Positions 35,701-63,895 are shown, counted from the stretch's first letter. The stretch is DNA of 64,000 nucleotides from the human T2T-CHM13v2.0 reference genome, Homo sapiens (GCF_009914755.1 NC_060925.1), one strand, 5' to 3'. Numbers and translations are program-made. The notes: generated by a model not told the origin, from the sequence alone.

Positions 35701-36691
35701 CCGCCCCCAGCACTGTTGAGCTGGGACTAGGGACTCAGGTTACTGGTGGCTGGGCCGGGCCAGGCCAGGCCTCAAGCAGACCGCCAGGCTCCTGCTCCCT
35801 GTCCCAGAGGGCCCAGCTCAGCACAGCAGGGGTCTCCTCGCCTGGGACACCACCACCGAGGCCCAGCAGGGAGACGCTGACCCAGGCTGCCCCGAAACAG
35901 CAGATGGTCTGGGCTGCTCCGGGAACGCAAGTGCTTTGTGGCTCAGTGGGGACGGGGCCCACAGGAAGCTCAGGACACGGGTAGGCGAATAAAGTTTCAT
36001 GGTCACCAGTGGCCCTTGACCTCCACCCTGTCACAAGGACCCTGCAGAAGGGGGCCAGGAGAACCTGTCTTGACCCTCGGGAAGCTTCTGCAAACCCTAG
36101 CAGACAGGTTGGTGAACCTGTACCCCCATGTCTCCCCATCCCAGCTAGGGAACCCCACCCTGCTTCCTTCCCACTGACACGCCCCTGACCCCAGCCCGCA
36201 CCAACGGCAGGCGCTCCCGGCCAGCCCCGGTGGAAGCGATGCGGCCGACCGAGTCTGACACGGGCCAAGGCAGGACTCGGGGCCGGGAAGCTGGGGCCAG
36301 GGACGCCGGGAACCCCGCCTGCCATCGCCCCGCTCCACGGACAGGTGGGCGCGCGCCGCACACGGGCCGAGGCCGCCACCCGCGCCGCATCTAGCGGAGG
36401 CGCGTCGCGGTCGCAGGTCCCCGGGGGCGCGAACGGCTCAGGACCCCCGCCCCGTCCCCGCGCGGGCAGGTGCGACCCCCGAGCCCGCGCCAGGCTCGCG
36501 CAGGCCTCGCGGCCGACTGACCCGAAGTCCTGGTCCATGGACTTAAAGAAGAATTTGTAGGCGTGCACGGGCCGGTTGCTGAGCACGTTCTTGAAGTCGG
36601 CCAGCGTGACGCGCTCGGGGGCCACGGGCAGCTTGACCAGGTACGGCGTCTCCTCCTCGTCCATGTGGTAGATAATCTTGGTCTCCGCCAT
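23727..36691 (-). CDS. DVL1: Dishevelled-1 (DIX-PDZ-DEP Wnt scaffold), 695 aa; 670 aa with the alternative exon-11 donor
   Basis: Exons 36522-36691, 30317-30386, 29991-30112, 29681-29784, 29295-29433, 28034-28127, 27871-27940, 27662-27801, 27321-27397, 27167-27234, 26872-27024 (or 26947-27024, 75 nt shorter), 26107-26238, 25854-26021, 25562-25768, 23727-24100 = 2088 nt; [17 protein letters not shown]...FLGISIVGQ...[11 protein letters not shown]...CEFFVDIM. Confidence 0.99.
25425..25530. repeat. ~30-bp minisatellite (GGAGCAGCAGCGGGGTGGGGTGGAGCTGGGG), ~3.5 copies, DVL1 intron 14
   Basis: Direct repeats visible. Confidence 0.8.
27235..27293 (-). ncRNA. MIR6808: miR-6808 precursor, 5'-tailed mirtron-type hairpin in DVL1 intron 9
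   Basis: Minus-strand GGGGCCAGGCAGGGAGGTGGGACCATG...GTGTGACCACCGTTCCTGCAG ends at the exon 10 acceptor; matches recalled miR-6808-5p/3p. Confidence 0.88.
27452..27660. repeat. 39-bp VNTR, ~5.3 copies, filling most of DVL1 intron 8
   Basis: Units CCCCCGCAGACCCACCCGCAGCCGCATGTCCCCCAGCAG start at 27452, 27491, 27530, 27569, 27608 and 27647 (partial). Confidence 0.92.
28360..29294. repeat. CA-rich (UG-rich on the DVL1 pre-mRNA) low-complexity repeat, DVL1 intron 5
   Basis: CACACCTGCACACACG/ATG units, then CATCATGTACA/GTGAAAAC units. Confidence 0.92.
30486..30695. repeat. ~97-bp tandem duplication, DVL1 intron 1
   Basis: GTCACTCTG.GGACACCCCTGCTA...CAGCATGGGG at 30486 and 30583. Confidence 0.85.
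32560..32690. repeat. ~38-40-bp minisatellite carrying TGACTCA, DVL1 intron 1
   Basis: CCCAGCACCCTCTGACTCAC..GAGGGAGAC three times plus a partial copy. Confidence 0.85.
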
Positions 36692-37600
36692 GGCGCGGCG
36701 GCGGCGCGGAGCCCGCGCGCTCAGGGCCCGGCCCGAGGCTCGGACGCGGGGCGCTACCCGCCCGCCCGCCTGCGCCCCGCCCGGCCCGCACCGCTCTCGG
36801 CCCCGACGCTCCGAGGCCCCCGGGCGCCCCCGCCCGACCGCCCAGGCCCCGGCCGCCGCCCCCGGCTCCCGCGCGCGTCCCGACTGCTGCCCCGCGGCCC
36901 GCGGCCGCCCATCCGCCCCCGGCCCGGGAGCGGCGCGAGGGACGCAGCACGGAGGGCGCGCTCAGCCCCGCCGCCCTCCCGCCTGCGCCCCTCGGGCCGC
37001 GCCGTTAAAGGGACCGCCCGGCCCGGGGTCCTGAGCGTGGCCGCGGGGGGGCGCCCGAGCGCGCGGCGTTGACGTCACGGGGGCGCGCGGCGGGGGCGGG
37101 GCGCGGCTGCGCAGACGCAGGCGCTCCTCGCTCGCCCCGCCCCGCCCCGGCCCCGCCCCCGCGCGCGGGCCCGCGCTCCCTTCTGCTCCGGCGCCTGCGA
37201 CGCGCGCCGCTGGCTGTGGGCCCGTGGGCGCCGGGGCGCTCGGGTCGGGCGGAGGGACCCCGGGGACGCCGGGTGCGCGGCGCTGAGGTGGCGCCCGGTC
37301 GCTCTGCGCCACCGCGAAGGCTCCCGACTCGCGTGCCCTCTGCCGGGTCCCACGGGGTCCAGGCAGCAGGCCGAGCGGATGCGGGGCGCGCGGGGGCGCG
37401 GGCGTGCACGGAGGCGTCGGAGCGCCCGGCGGCGGGAGGGATTTAGTCCTGGGGTTCTCCGCAGGGCAGGGGAGACTTCCGAGGCGTCCCTTGAGGCCGC
37501 GGGGCGTCCGCGCTTACTGTTCCGGGGCTCGCGGGGCTGGAGGCCTTCCCGACCCGACCCCAGCAGGAAGCGCGGAGGCCACTAGAGGGCGGCCCAGGAT
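36200..37600 (-). promoter_or_regulatory. DVL1 CpG-island promoter
   Basis: Extremely CpG-rich; perfect CRE TGACGTCA 37070-37077; several GGGGCGGGG GC boxes 37092-37160. Confidence 0.9.
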
Positions 37601-38000
37601 GGGGGGAGTGAGGAGGGGGCCTGGACGGGGCAGGAGCGACGGGGGGAGTGAGGAGGGGGCCTGGACGGGGCTGGAGCGACGGGGGGAGTGAGGAGGGGGC
37701 CTGGACGGGGCAGGAGCGACGGGGGGAGTGAGGAGGGGGCCTGGACCGGGCAGGAGCGACGGGGGGAGTGAGGAGGGGGCCTGGACGGGGCAGGAGCGAC
37801 GGGGGGAGTGAGGAGGGGGCCTGGACCGGGCAGGAGCGACGGGGGGAGTGAGGAGGGGGCCTGGACCGGGCAGGAGCGACGGGGGGAGTGAGGAGGGGGC
37901 CTGGACGGGGCAGGAGCGACGGGGGGAGTGAGGAGGGGGCCTGGACGGGGCAGGAGCGATGGGGGGAGTGAGGAGGGGGCCTGGACCGGGCTGGAGCGAT
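37601..38000. repeat. 40-bp G-rich VNTR, 10 copies, upstream of DVL1
   Basis: GGGGGGAGTGAGGAGGGGGCCTGGAC(G/C)GGGC(A/T)GGAGCGA(C/T) repeated exactly every 40 bp from 37601 to 38000. Confidence 0.97.
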
Positions 38001-39254
38001 GGGGAAGAGAGTGCGGTGGGGTCCCTTGGTTCCCGTCCCCAGGAAGCCGGCGAGATGGAACTCGCATCTATCGGGCCCTGACCGTGCTGGGGGCTGCACC
38101 GGCTCGGAAAGAAACCGATCAGTGCAGGCACCGGTGCTTGACGGTCAGCTTGGGCCTGGGATCCTGACCCTGCACCCGGGCTCTGAGAGGGAGAACTGTG
38201 GCGTTCGCTCAGCCAAGCCCGGACAGCTTAGCCGCCAGCCCCCTCCACCTTCCCGCAGCCCTTCTCTTCCCCAGAGGTCAGAAGCCAGGCAGAAAGACCT
38301 AAGAGGGGCTATCTGTTGAGGCCCCAGGGAGGGAGGAAGCCTGTCCCTGCCCTGAGGGCCTGACCCCAGGCTAGGTCTCAAGAGAGGCTGGAAGCCAGAG
38401 GCCTGAGGCCAGTCCCGTTGCTGACGCGGATGTGGTCCAGCTGGGGCCCTGACAGGTGTGGCCACTGGTGAGGCCAGAGGTAACCGGGCTGGGAGGGGGG
38501 TGCATCTTCAAGCCACACCTCCCCAGACCAGCCTCCCTCCCTCCCCATCCATGCTTGTGTGGGGTCCTTGTGGGCAACTGTCACCCTTTCCCACCCCCAC
38601 TGTCCTGGGAGGACAGGAGGATGGGGTTGGGTGGTGACGCCAGCTTCAAGAAGCAGCAGTTAGTCGCTGGTCTGTGCTGCCAGGACCCCGGGCCACGGGC
38701 CTTCCTGCTCCCGCCACTCCTCCCACCGCCTGAACTTGTGCTGAGATCCTGCACCCAACCAGCTGATGCCTGAGCGGGAAAGGATTCTAGGGCCAGATCC
38801 GTGCTGGCCTGGCCAAGACTCTTGGAACCACCCTGCTGTCCCGGGCTGTCTCTGCTGGAGCCTCTTTGCTCCCGCCCCCTTTGCAAGTGTCTGACCCGCA
38901 TCCCACTACTCCCGCTCCTCGTCCCTCTGCCTCTCCAAGAGCTGTGCTCCCACGGCCTTCCCTCTGGCCTCACAGCCACCACCACGTCCCCCCTCCTCAC
39001 GTCCAGGTCAGCCCTCAAGGGAATCTGAACTCCTCCACGACCAGAAGCCACACAGAACTAGCTCAAAGGTCCCCTTCCCAGGACACCAACTCCCAGAGGA
39101 CCCAGACCCAGACCTTTCAGCCCAAGGAATGGGATGATGTCAGGGGTTCCAGGTGGAGACGAGGACTCCCAGGCCCAGACTCATGCCTTGCCCAGCCCCA
39201 GGAGACGGAGTTTCAGAAGCATACCTGGGACAAGTCTAAAAATCAGATGGGGAC

Positions 39255-39260
39255 TTTATT
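39255..39260 (-). terminator. MXRA8 polyadenylation signal AATAAA
   Basis: TTTATT on the plus strand ~0.9 kb past the MXRA8 stop. Confidence 0.85.
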
Positions 39261-39651
39261 GTGATGGTGGCAGGTCCACCAGCAGATGCAAATGTGGGGT
39301 GCTGAGAGTGGCAACACAGGCCACCCCAAACCAACTTCACTCCCTCCCCTGTCCTCAGCCAGTACAGAAGCCAAATGTAGCCCCAGCCCTAGACTCCAGC
39401 CCAGGCAGAGTCCAAGGGAGGGGTGTCAGGGTCAGAAGTCACAGGGAGCCCAGTGACTATCAAGGTGGCTGAGAGCAAGGCTAGGGTAGGGATGGGGCAG
39501 AGAAAGGGCAGGGGGTGCAGCCCCAGGTGGCCCAAAGCAACACAGAGGAGCAAGGGCTGGCATTCAAGTCAGCAGGTCCCTGGGGAGAACAGATGGTGCC
39601 TGGAGTCCCACATGGTGGTACAGGTGGGGGAGCTCTTGGTGGCAGGCAGCA

Positions 39652-39870
39652 CCCCAGGAGGAGTGGGACTCCTGCCGAGGCTGACCCCAACTTCAAGGCT
39701 GCCAAGTTCTGATGGGAGTGTCCTCCTCCAGGAACATCTCCCAGCCCCGGACGAGCAGAGCCCTGGAGGAGTGGGACTCCTGCCCTGAGGCTGACCCCAG
39801 TTTTGGGGCTGCCAGGTTCTGATGGGAGTGTCCTCCAGGAATGTCTTCAGGCCCCCAGCGGGCAGAGCCC
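39652..39870. repeat. ~109-bp tandem duplication in the MXRA8 3' UTR
   Basis: GGAGGAGTGGGACTCCTGCC...GCTGACCCCA...GTTCTGATGGGAGTGTCCTCC at 39657 and 39766. Confidence 0.85.
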
Positions 39871-40149
39871 AGAAGGGTCTGAGGGCATGATGGGCATCAG
39901 TGGGATTTTGGTTGTGCCAGGGGTGGGCAGGGCCACCCGTGAGCAAAGGCCGCAGGGGTGGGGGCTATGCTGCCACCAAGCCCCTGGGGGAGGGGTGTGG
40001 AGGCGGCCTCTGCATACGCCCAGGCCAAATTCCAGGAAAGCGGGACCAGCCGCTGGAAGGGGGGTGAGCCCCGGAGCATCAGGAGATGCCCCGAGGAGCA
40101 CAGACAGGAGAGGTGCAGCTGCTGGCCCAGCCAGGAGCCCAGGGCCTCC

Positions 40150-45047
<4,898 letters not shown>

Positions 45048-47399
45048 GGCCCCCGCCCAGCCCCAGGCTTTGTCCCACTCGGCTCTAAGTCTCTCTCCAG
45101 AAAAACAGCCCTACCCCCTCCCCCTCCTTAGCACCCGCGGTGACATCACGGAGGCCTGGGCCTGTCTACGGTCTGGGGACCGCCCCCTCTGGCTCCTGCC
45201 GGGCCCCTTGGCCTCCCCCATCGTTGCTGGCCTGCTGGGGAGGGGCAGTGTGGGAGCAGAGGCCCAGCCCCTCACCGGTCAGGCCTGGGGAGGGGTGGTG
45301 ACCGCACCCTTGGAGGGACAAGAAGGTCCGAGGACATGGGCCCCTGATACCACGTGATCGTGTCTCACGTCTAGGAGCCTCCCGGGCCTGTGGTGAAGGG
45401 TTGGGACTGTTGGGTGAGTGGCCCCTCCGCCCCACCTCTGGCCTCCCCCAACGTGAGCCACCTCAGGGCAGGGTCCTCCCCTCAGTCTGCTCCAGGCCCC
45501 AGAAAGGCCTCCCAGCGCTGAGACCGCCCCCACCCACGGTGCACACTGGTGCTCTCCTTCAGACCAGATGGCCCTTCCAGCTCCAACCCTTGGCCCTGCA
45601 TGACCTTGGTACCCGTCTCCTCTGGGGGCCACGGTGGGCTCCCTTGGGCCAGGATGATGGACGCTGCCAGTCACTAGTCCTCTTTACAACCTGGAGAGTC
45701 AGCCAGGGACAGGGGACCCTGAGCACTGGGAGGCCTGGGGGTGCTGGGGTGAGCAGACCTCTCCCTGCTGGCCCCGTCCCCTGGGGCTGCCCGCCTTTAG
45801 GGTGCAGCCTGGTGTCCCTGAAACCAGGTGCTGGATTACAAGCCTCCTGGAGAAAGGGGAGAGTGGGACCCCTGCCATGGAAGGCACAAATTTGAAACTG
45901 TGGGAAAACTTACAAAGTCACATAAACAAATGCGAAATAACAGCCTGCACTGTGTAGCAAACCCAACTCCTTCTAATCAAGCAAACCTCAAGAAAAAACA
46001 ATCTGAACAACCACAACCACTAGAAACCCTCAGTGCATAGTTCCGCCCGCCCACTTGGAGTGAGCTCTCCTTACAGGCCCCGAGGGCCCCGGCTGGGTGG
46101 GGGGCTCACCCCTGAACCCTGCTCTGGTGCCCAAGTCCTCAGACAGTGGGAAGCCCAGTGCAGATCAGAGTGGTGGTCTCAGGGCGAGGGGAGGGGAACC
46201 TGCGGCTGCTCCAGTGAGAGGAACGGGCAGGACACGGACCGGCGTAAGGACAGAAGACCCCACCCCACCCCAGCCCGGTCAGACCCATTTCCTCAGCAGG
46301 GTCCTGGCCCGGGCGGCGACCTTTCCAAACTGGCTTCAGGGCTGAACACATCCCGCCACCCCCACTCCCTCCCTGGGCCTTTCATTCTGGAAAAACAAGC
46401 CCCACCTGGCTGGCCTCGAGGCCTCTGCTGGCCTCTCCTCCTGTTTTTCCAACTGGTTTGTATTAGTGCTGGCAGCTGCCCGCCCACCCATGTCTGTCTC
46501 CGTCGCACACTCTGGGGCCTTGGCCTCTGCAGTCTCTGTCTCCTTCCGTCACTCTCCCTGTTCCCCCTCTCCCCATGGAGGGAGGACGGACAGCAGTTTG
46601 GTGGGGGGACAGGGTTGGCCCTCGGGTCTGGGAGGGCCCGGCTCTGGGTGCAGGGCTGAGAGGGGCGCCTGGTCCGCACGACAGCCTCAGGCCAGGGCTC
46701 GCCTCACTCTGCAGGGCCGTCCCTCTCCGGGCAGTGGCCTCCAGCCACACTTTCGGGGACCCAGCCAGCGGAGATGCAGGCCAGAGGCTGTCGTCTGAGA
46801 GGGCCCTGACCTCTGAGAGGGCCACCTGGGGGCAGCTGACCCCCGTGGGGCCCTGGGCAAGGAACAAAAGGCTGATGAGGCCATCAGGCCCCTTCCCTGA
46901 CCCTCCCTGTCCGGCCCTCAGTGGGAAACAGCCACAGAGAAGAGCAGGCCTGGTAGTGACCAGGTCACCTGCTCCTCCCAGGGCCAGTGACCTGTGCCTC
47001 TTCTGCACCTTCCTGGGCTGGGACTGTGGAGCCTCTGCTCGCTGGGGGGCGGGCGGGGTGGGGGGCGGTCTGCAGAGCTGTGGGTGTGTGACTTAATTCC
47101 CAGCCTGGCCTGGCATTTTTCTCCCTCTGGGAAGAGGACAAACCAGGACAAAGCCACTGGCATCACTGTGCTCTGGCTAAGCCCCCAGCCAAACCAGCGC
47201 CCTGGACCGTCCTCCTAGCCCCACCTCTGGGGGTTGGGGTGGAGCAAGAGGGGTCAGCTGGCCCCACGGCCCGCACTGAGGATCTGATCTTGGCTGCCAT
47301 TCCTGGTGACTCGGACATTCCAGGCAGCCCGGCTCATTGGGAAGAAAAACCACAGGCACTCAGAGCCACAAGCAGCACAGCCAAGCCCATATTCACTCC

Positions 47400-47797
47400 C
47401 ATGAGTGTGCACAGACACATGCACACACACACAAAGACACACATGGAGACACACAGAGATACACACGCATGCACACGAAGACACATGGAGACACAGACAC
47501 GCATGCACATGAAGACACGGAGACACACAGAGATACACGGAAACACAGACATGCACACACGCGAAGACACAGACACATACACATGCATGCACATGAAGAC
47601 ACGGAGACACAGATACATGGAAACACGAACACAGACATGCGCACACACGACACACATGGAGACACGCATGCATGCACATGAAGACACACGGACACACAGA
47701 GAAGATACACGGAAACACAAACACACAGACACAGGTCCACACACAGAAACAGAGACACACACAGACACACATGGAAAGACACACACAGAGACACGGA
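47400..47797. repeat. CA/GA-rich low-complexity repeat (UG-rich on the minus strand)
   Basis: ACACAGA/CACATG/GAAGACAC units. Confidence 0.9.
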
Positions 47798-49054
47798 CCT
47801 GTGGCCGCACAGCGGATCATCGATGGCTGAAGAGTCCCACTTCCTGTCGTTCAGAAGCGTTTGCTGAGCACCTCCTGGGTGCCAGGCTTGCTGGGCACTG
47901 GGGACTCAGCACTAAGCCGGGTGCCAGCCATGGCCCTCTTGGACCCCAGCCTCCTGGACTGTGCTGCATGTGGTGGAGGGAATGAGACAGGGGTGGGGGG
48001 GCGCCCAGGCTGGAGGGGCGAGGACGGACGGACCCAAGGAAGCAACCTCTGTGACAGCAAATGCCAGGCGAGGCCTGAGGACGCGGCTTCCAGGCGCAGC
48101 CAGTGGCGGGGCTGCCAGGAGTGGTCTTGGGACGCCAGGGACCCTGTGTGTGTGGTAGGGGGGCCACTGCTGACACCAACACAGACAGGGTTAGGCTCGA
48201 GGACAAACCGTATTCGCCGCCGCCGCACCTGCCACACACATCGGAAGCGTTAGCACAGTTTTCCCTGCGTGGGGCTGGGTCTCCTACCCAGGCTGAGTTT
48301 CTCCCCTCTAAGAGGAAACACCGCCAGCCTTCTTTCTCCTACGGCCTTTGGATTCTGAAAACTCGCTGTGGGGAGGGACGTGAGGCTTCCGCGCCAGGAA
48401 CCCCTGCGGGCTAAGACGGTGTTGGCCAATCACATCCAGTCACTCTCCTGGGAAAGTCACTTTTATGGAGACAGCCCCCCAAGGGGGTCTCAAGATATAT
48501 TGAAGTTTTGGTTAGTTATGTATGCTGACTAAATTTACAAGTAAACTTGTTTATCAAAAACAAAAGAAAATGTGTTAATCCGTTATAGCCGCTTGTGGTG
48601 ACTGTTCCCGGCCATGTCCCTGGCTGACTGTTTTCCTGCTGATCCTGACCAGCGTCCCCGGCAGCCATGGCCTGCATTCGTGTTGGTCCCTCCTCCTGCA
48701 GCCCCGAGGAGGCAGGGCTGTCTGTGGATCCCAGATCGGTTGTCGGAAGGCCCGGAAGAGGAGAGCTGCCCTCCACCACCACTGTCTCCTCCTCCTGGAC
48801 AACAGAGTCAGAACACTGCTGAGATGGGGTGAAGCATAATTGTTGCACTGAGACTCAAAACTACAGGCAAGAAGGTTTGAAAATACAGAAACATTTCACG
48901 AATCATCTGCCTCCTCTCGAGTAGTATCTGGCTTGTTCTAAACATGCAAATGCAGTGAGACGGGCTGCCTGGTACACACACATCGCCCCGGAATCATGAC
49001 CTTAGGCCCCAGGGCCACCTTCTGTATTTTTTTTTTTTTAAGCCACAAAGTCTC

Positions 49055-57319
<8,265 letters not shown>

Positions 57320-59262
57320 TCAGACGGCGTGTTCAGTGAGTGCTCAGCTCGGCTCCCTGGAGGTTCTGGGCTTGGCACACACGTGTGCTGCCTCCCTGCC
57401 CCCCAACACACACACATCTGAAGCAGGCAGGGCCCTGGGTGGGCACCGGGGGTGGGAGCTGAGGGCCTTGCCCATGGTCCATGAAAGCTCTGAAGCCATA
57501 GCTCTGCGGCTGGTCAGGCCCCAGGCCCCAGGCTCGGCCCCCGCGGAAGGCGCAGAAGACACCAGCTTGCCAGGGACGCAGCAGCCAGAGGAAGAGGCGT
57601 GGGGCTGAGTTCACCAACGTGCCCCATTATGGAGGCCACTGATGAATGCCACCACTGGGCGTGAGGTTGGGGCACCATCCCCACTGACCAGGACCATCCC
57701 CAGCAGAGCCAAGTCCTGGTTGGAACCGGAGCTCTGAACACCACCAGGACACGCTGTGGTGAGGGGCAGGTCGCTGGCAGCTCCACAGGCCCCCAGCCCA
57801 GCCCACCCCACCTCTGGCCCCTCACCCAGGTGATGCCCAGGGCCAGAACAGGGGAGAGGCAACAGAGAGAGGGGGGTGCATGTCTCACAGGCAGGGGCAG
57901 GGTGGAGGCCCCACAGAGAAGAGGGGAGGGACGGCCTCTTGTGGCCTGGGAGCAACCGCAGAGATAAAAATAAAACCCCAAAATTGCTTCCCAAGGTTGT
58001 GGTTGGGCAACAAAGGCTTCCAAGCCAAGGCAGGGTGAGCTCTGCAGGCTGGGCAGGATGTGGGTCTGCAGGAGGGGCCTGGGTTGCGGGAGCTGGAGTG
58101 GACAGCTGAGGCACCGCCTCGCCGGGATGGTGACGTCTGGAGCAGGGGTACCCACCGCTGCTGACGTGAGCTGATGGGTTCGTCGTGGGGATGTCCTCAT
58201 GGTGCAGGGTGTGTGGCAGCATCCCTGGCCTCCACCCACCCATGCCAGTAGCACCTCCCACTGACAACCACAGATGTCTCCAGATGCGGCTCAAAGCCAT
58301 GGTTGACCTGCCTCCCAGGAGCACCCCAAGCCGGCCCCCACGCAGGGGTGGAGGAGGCCGGGGCCAAGGGGGGTCCCAGGGCTGTGCCTGAGCTGGGTAG
58401 GGCTGCTCCCCACCACGGGCTGCCCAGCTGAGCTCTGCAGGCTAGGACTCTGGACAGGTCCACTCAGCTTCCCACATCTCCTCCCTCATACAGGGAAGGG
58501 GGAGGTGAGCCCGGGATGGAAGGAAACGCGGGGGGGCAGCAGCACTACAGAGGGTGCCAGTGGTGGCCAAGAGCACCGGGAGGCTGGGGCAGGGCCAGGC
58601 TTGGCACTGAGCGGGCTCCACTTCACCTGGGAGAGTTTCGGCCCTGGGAGCCCTGCCCCACTCACAGCTGGGAAAACAGACCCAGGAATGATGCCTGTGA
58701 CCCCAGCTGGGGCCCCACAAGACGCTTCCTGCCACCTGTCCTGGTCCCCAGCCCTGGACCCAGGAGCCCGGCTGCTGCCCCCCTGTGGTGGTCTGGGGAA
58801 GCGCACCTCCACCCGCTACAGCCTCCAGACCCCTCCGTGCACTCAGGGACCCACAGCCAAGGCCTACTGACCTCGCTGGCTGGCACGTCCAGGGCCCAAC
58901 TCCCAGGACAATGTGTGACCCACAAGTTCGTCCTGTTCTAGAGAAACTGCTGGGAATAGCGCTCAAGTCCTCCCCAAGGTCTGATGGGCAAGGAACTCAA
59001 GCTTGAGTCTCAGACACATTTCTGTGACAAAAGACAAGAGGCCCCCACGTCTCTGGTGAGAGGCAGCCCAGCCTTCAGCCTTCACACACGGTGGGGGAGA
59101 GGCTGCGGCTCCAGAGCCTCCACTCAACCGCCTGGGGCGGACGCAAAGGCCCCTCTCCTGTCGCTGAGCTGTTGGGGGCAGCAGCTTCCCAGTGCCCACC
59201 CATGCCCTGCTACCCAAGTCCAAGGGCCCCTGCACATCCCTGCTCTTAGGAATACCATGTTC

Positions 59263-59625
<363 letters not shown>

Positions 59626-60299
59626 CTAAGCCTCAGGGATTCTTCGGCCCTGTAAACGAGACCCTTTCCTCAGCCACCCCCCAGCCCCGAACCCCTTCTG
59701 GGACAACTCTTCCTGCTTAGTCCCCACGTCCACTCAGGGCCCCAGGAGATGGCAGACATGCCTGGGAAGGCCAACACCCTGGCCCTGTAGCCGGAAGGCT
59801 TGGAGGGCCACTGGAGGATCACGTCCACGGAGCCTGGCGGGCACCATCCACCACTGCCAGTGGTACCAGAACCTTTCCTGCCTTCCCAATGAGGCCCTCC
59901 CCGACCCTCCACTCATGAAATACACCTGAATCACCCCGTGCATTCCGGGTGCTCCCTAAACCCCAGTCCTGTCCCCCTGTACTTCTGCCATCCGGGTCGG
60001 CCTCCCCAGGGAATGTGGTGCTCAGGGAGGGGCTGTGGGTTCTGTTCACAGTGATCCCACAGCACCTAGCCTGAACTGCACACAGCACACATTTGCTCAC
60101 AGCGAGGCTGGGGCTCCTACAGGCCCAGCACCCTCTGGACGGCGGCCAAGGGCCAGCTAGAGAGAGGGACGGCCAATCTGCCACCCTGCTGCCCGGGTCT
60201 TCTGCAACACCTGGGACTGGCAGCAGCCTCAATCCTGAGAGACCTCACACCCGGCAAATGGAGCTCCAGACCCGCAGGAAAGGCTGAGTCCTCTGAGAA

Positions 60300-60305
60300 T
60301 TTATT
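60300..60305 (-). terminator. AURKAIP1 polyadenylation signal AATAAA
   Basis: TTTATT on the plus strand ~45 nt after the stop. Confidence 0.85.
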
Positions 60306-60349
60306 ACTACGGATCACAGCAGCAACGGGCGGGAAGGGCGGCGCCAGAC

Positions 60350-61305
<956 letters not shown>

Positions 61306-61379
61306 GGTCTGTGGGCGGCGGCCACAGGTCCCAGGGGAGCTGGAACACAAGTGCCCGTTCAGGTCAGGCGGCAGCGCCT

Positions 61380-62556
<1,177 letters not shown>

Positions 62557-63895
62557 TCAGACTCACACTTTTTGTCTGAGAACTAAAAGCAGCCTCTCTG
62601 GAGGATTGGGTTTGGCTGAGCCCCTAATGATGCTCCCCAAAGTAGGCGCTGCCAACGTGTAGCTTCACCTTTCTACTCCAGACAGGCCCCTTTGACCTCC
62701 CTGAGGTTGCCTAATATAGAGACCCCAGCATGGACTTGCAGGGGCGCCTGGTGGGAGAGGGGTGTGGAGCAGAGCCTGCTGGGCCTGCTCGGAGACTTGC
62801 CTTGCAGGAGGGTCTTCCAGGGACGCTTAGCAGGAAGTGGAAAGGCCAGGTCATCTGCCGGGCCCAGCCTGGCTAAGCAGTGAATGACAGGTAGGATAGG
62901 CCAGTGTGAGGACATAAAGTTCAGGCTCCAGGCCCACCTCTACAACTGAGGTCCCCAGATGACTCTACGTTACCCCTCAGAGGGGCTACTTGGGACTCCA
63001 AGCAGGAAGGTTTACGAACGTTATTTGCGGGCCCGCCCTTCACCCCTGCTGCACAGCTTCCCCTAGTGGATTTGGCCGTAAATGAGCAGACTGGTGCCTC
63101 CAGAGCAGCCCTCACCTTGGTGCCCCTGTGTTTGTCTTCACCCGGCTGGGGTCCAGGGAGATGCAAAGAATCCATCAGAGAACAGGTGAGCATGTTGAGA
63201 AGAACCAGAGAACCAGAAATAACCTGGGCTGGCAACCTTGGCCTTCAGGCTTCTGAGGCATTGACGTGCAGATATAAGTACCTCCCCTGAGTTAGGGACC
63301 GGTAGAAGAAACGGGATGTGGACATTTCAGTCTGAGAAAGTCTTGAGGAGCAGGATGAACCAGGGTGTCCTTCCCCCTCTCAGGAAGTAATTTCAGGGAG
63401 GTGAAGTGAGGAAGACCACTCTGTTGGGGTCCCTGTACCCAATAGGCTCCAGGCCAAAAGGGAAAGGTCCCAGCTAGAGCAGGACCCAGCTGCTACAAGG
63501 CTGGGGAATTATCATTCAGCTACAGGAGCTGCATGGAGCCGGCCCGGGAGGCTTGCAGACAGTGGCCACCCCGATGAATGCCCGGGCCAGACCTGACTGG
63601 CTGCCGCCCACAGGAGTGGCAGGAACACTTGTTGGAAGCGCCAGATGCTTGTGTGAGCAGAGCTGCCAAGCTAGATGAGCTGGAACTAGACTAGGAAGAT
63701 CAATCCTTTACAAACATCTGAGGAAGAAAAAATGCAGTGGAAGAATCGGGGAGGGTGCATGGGTTATGATTCCTAATTTTTAAACAAAGGAACTCTAGTC
63801 TCTCAAGGGAAGTACACAGTTGCTGCACATACCTGTTTTCCCCAAAATACCCATTTGTCTTCAGGAAAGTTTTTCTTTAGAAACTTCAGAATTTT

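Noticed and set aside
35735-36521. 318-aa ORF extending DVL1 exon 1 into intron 1
   Set aside because: Simple read-through of a GC-rich intron past a valid donor; no clear intronic polyA support on that strand.
37601-38000. Regular repeat superficially like a CRISPR array
   Set aside because: Head-to-tail units with no unique spacers, no cas genes, human context: a VNTR.
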